Assembly: GCA_017499595.2 (NCBI GenBank)
Contig: CM039007.1
Span: forward strand, 248,001-312,000
Direction of reading: 5' to 3'
Source: Psilocybe cubensis
Lineage: Eukaryota
DNA length: 64,000 bases
Shown: in pieces, positions 62,585 through 64,000 of the stretch
Layout of the letters: every line of letters starts with the position of its first letter
Numbering within the stretch: position 1 is the first letter of the stretch
The notes under the pieces: model-generated
Databases searched by the model: none
Seen by the model: the letters and a program-made list of their open reading frames with translations, nothing else
What the model was told of the DNA's origin: nothing
Program-made: the position numbers and the translations under genes

Positions 62585-64000
62585 ATGGAGAAGGTAGCCA
62601 CAGCGGTCCCAGCTGCGAATGTCGACCCTGAAAGCAGGTCATCGTACAGCAACGAAAAGTTCGACGAAAAGGACGAGAAACGCAGCGTGCAGGAAGTCAC
62701 TAAGGACTTCGAAGGCGAGGTCTACGATGACCTCCGGGCAGTTGATCTGGACGAAAATGGGAAAGAGCGTCCTATTGGTATGTTCTTTTTTCACTGATTC
62801 TTTGCGATTTTTTAAGCCCAACTTGGTATGCACAGAGACCGATATGGATGTTGCGACTCGTTTGATCTCTCTCGACGACGATCCAACTCTCCCCGCATTC
62901 ACCTTCCGAATGTGGTTCCTTGGTATCGGATTGTCCTGTTTTGGAGCTGTCCTCGGCCAAATCTTCGTGAGTAATATATATATATATTTCTCTGATCCTC
63001 TGGCTAAGTTTCTTTGTAGTACTTTCGCCCGCAGACCGTGTTCGTCAGTCAGCTTTTTATCCAGATTATCGCGTACATACTCGGTCGCGTGCTGGAGGAA
63101 ATTATTCCCGGCCCTGGCAACGAGCGTAAGAACTTGCAAACCAAGGACAACGCGTTCTGGCGCTTCATGAACCCCGGCCCATTCAGTACGCGCTTATTGT
63201 TTATGGAACCTGATTATAGAGGACGTTAAAAGCTGATACTCGACGGTTTTAGATATCAAGGAACATGTCGCCATTACAATCTTCGCGTCTACCGCCGCCG
63301 ATTCGGCGCTTGCGATCAGTATCTTCGCTGCTGATGACCTCTACTATGACATCAAACCCAACGCTGGTATTGGTATTTTCACCCTCATCGGTACGGTCCT
63401 GTCTATCGCATCTTTCAAACCACATTTACTAATTATTTACAGGTTCACAACTCATGGGATACGGCCTTGGTGGTGTGATGCGATCGTTCCTCGTGTACCC
63501 GACCTACATTGTCTTTCCCAACTTGCTTCCCACTGTCCAGCTCTTCGATGCGTTGCACCGTGGCAAGAAAATCTTCATGCAAAAGAAGCGCGTCAAGTTC
63601 TTTTGGTCCGTGTTTATTGGAATCTTTGTCTGGGAATGGTTCCCGGAGTATATTGCCCCGTGAGTTTCTTTTGTTAATGAAAATATCATTTTTTTACTGA
63701 ATGATAATCTCTAGGACCCTTACCGGTATTAGCATCTTCTGTTTGGCCAACAAGAACAGCCCTTGGTTCACTCGTATCTTTGGTACGTAAATAAATTTAC
63801 TCCCCCATGTGTGCCTCAAGTTTCTCACAAAATATTTAATTTAGGTGGTTCGAACGGTAATGAAGGCCTTGGGATGTTTGCGCTCTGTCTTGATTGGAAT
63901 TACGTTGGCTCCGGTGGAGGATCCATGGGTGCCCTCTTCACCCCCTTGTCTACCCAGCTCTCTCTGTACTGCGGTACAGCCATATGCATGTACGTCTTGC
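62585..64000 (+). CDS. OPT-family oligopeptide transporter, 3'-partial
   Basis: DDDPTLPAFTFRMWFLG, FRPQT, FMNPGPF.IKEH, QLMGYGLGG, WEWFPEYIAP, NEGLG...LDW. Runs off the window end. Confidence 0.93.

Noticed and set aside
39093-64000. P450, OYE, GT15, OPT and the peptide precursor as one RiPP or secondary-metabolite cluster
   Set aside because: The genes are interspersed with housekeeping genes, belong to common families, and no DUF3328, prolyl oligopeptidase, methyltransferase, PKS, NRPS or terpene synthase is visible. Linkage is unsupported without co-expression data.

Overview
Intron-rich fungal genomic DNA. The short GT-AG introns, CYP63-type P450, GH7-CBM1 cellobiohydrolase and TPR-CHAT and F-box-like families point to an Agaricomycete mushroom; the species cannot be fixed from sequence alone. 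About 22 protein genes are present. Housekeeping and metabolic genes include TFC4, an IML2/TTC39-like gene, a GT15 mannosyltransferase, a Nudix hydrolase, a sugar porter, a GH7 cellobiohydrolase, a P450, an old yellow enzyme and an OPT transporter. Fast-evolving genes include a TPR-CHAT caspase-like protease split by one in-frame TAG, two F-box-like paralogues and an HMG-box-like gene. The most notable signal is two separate secreted multi-core precursors (27740-28627 and 46086-46574). In both, His/Tyr/Arg/Lys-rich, histatin-like cores alternate with acidic spacers and Arg-terminated putative processing sites, a candidate undescribed metal-binding or antimicrobial peptide system. The 55-60 kb region holds two CAC-terminated MITEs with 3-bp target-site duplications, one of them an almost complete hairpin, and a degenerate dispersed repeat family that brackets the old yellow enzyme gene. 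No rRNA, tRNA or CRISPR was found. Exon boundaries were read by eye and are approximate unless stated.
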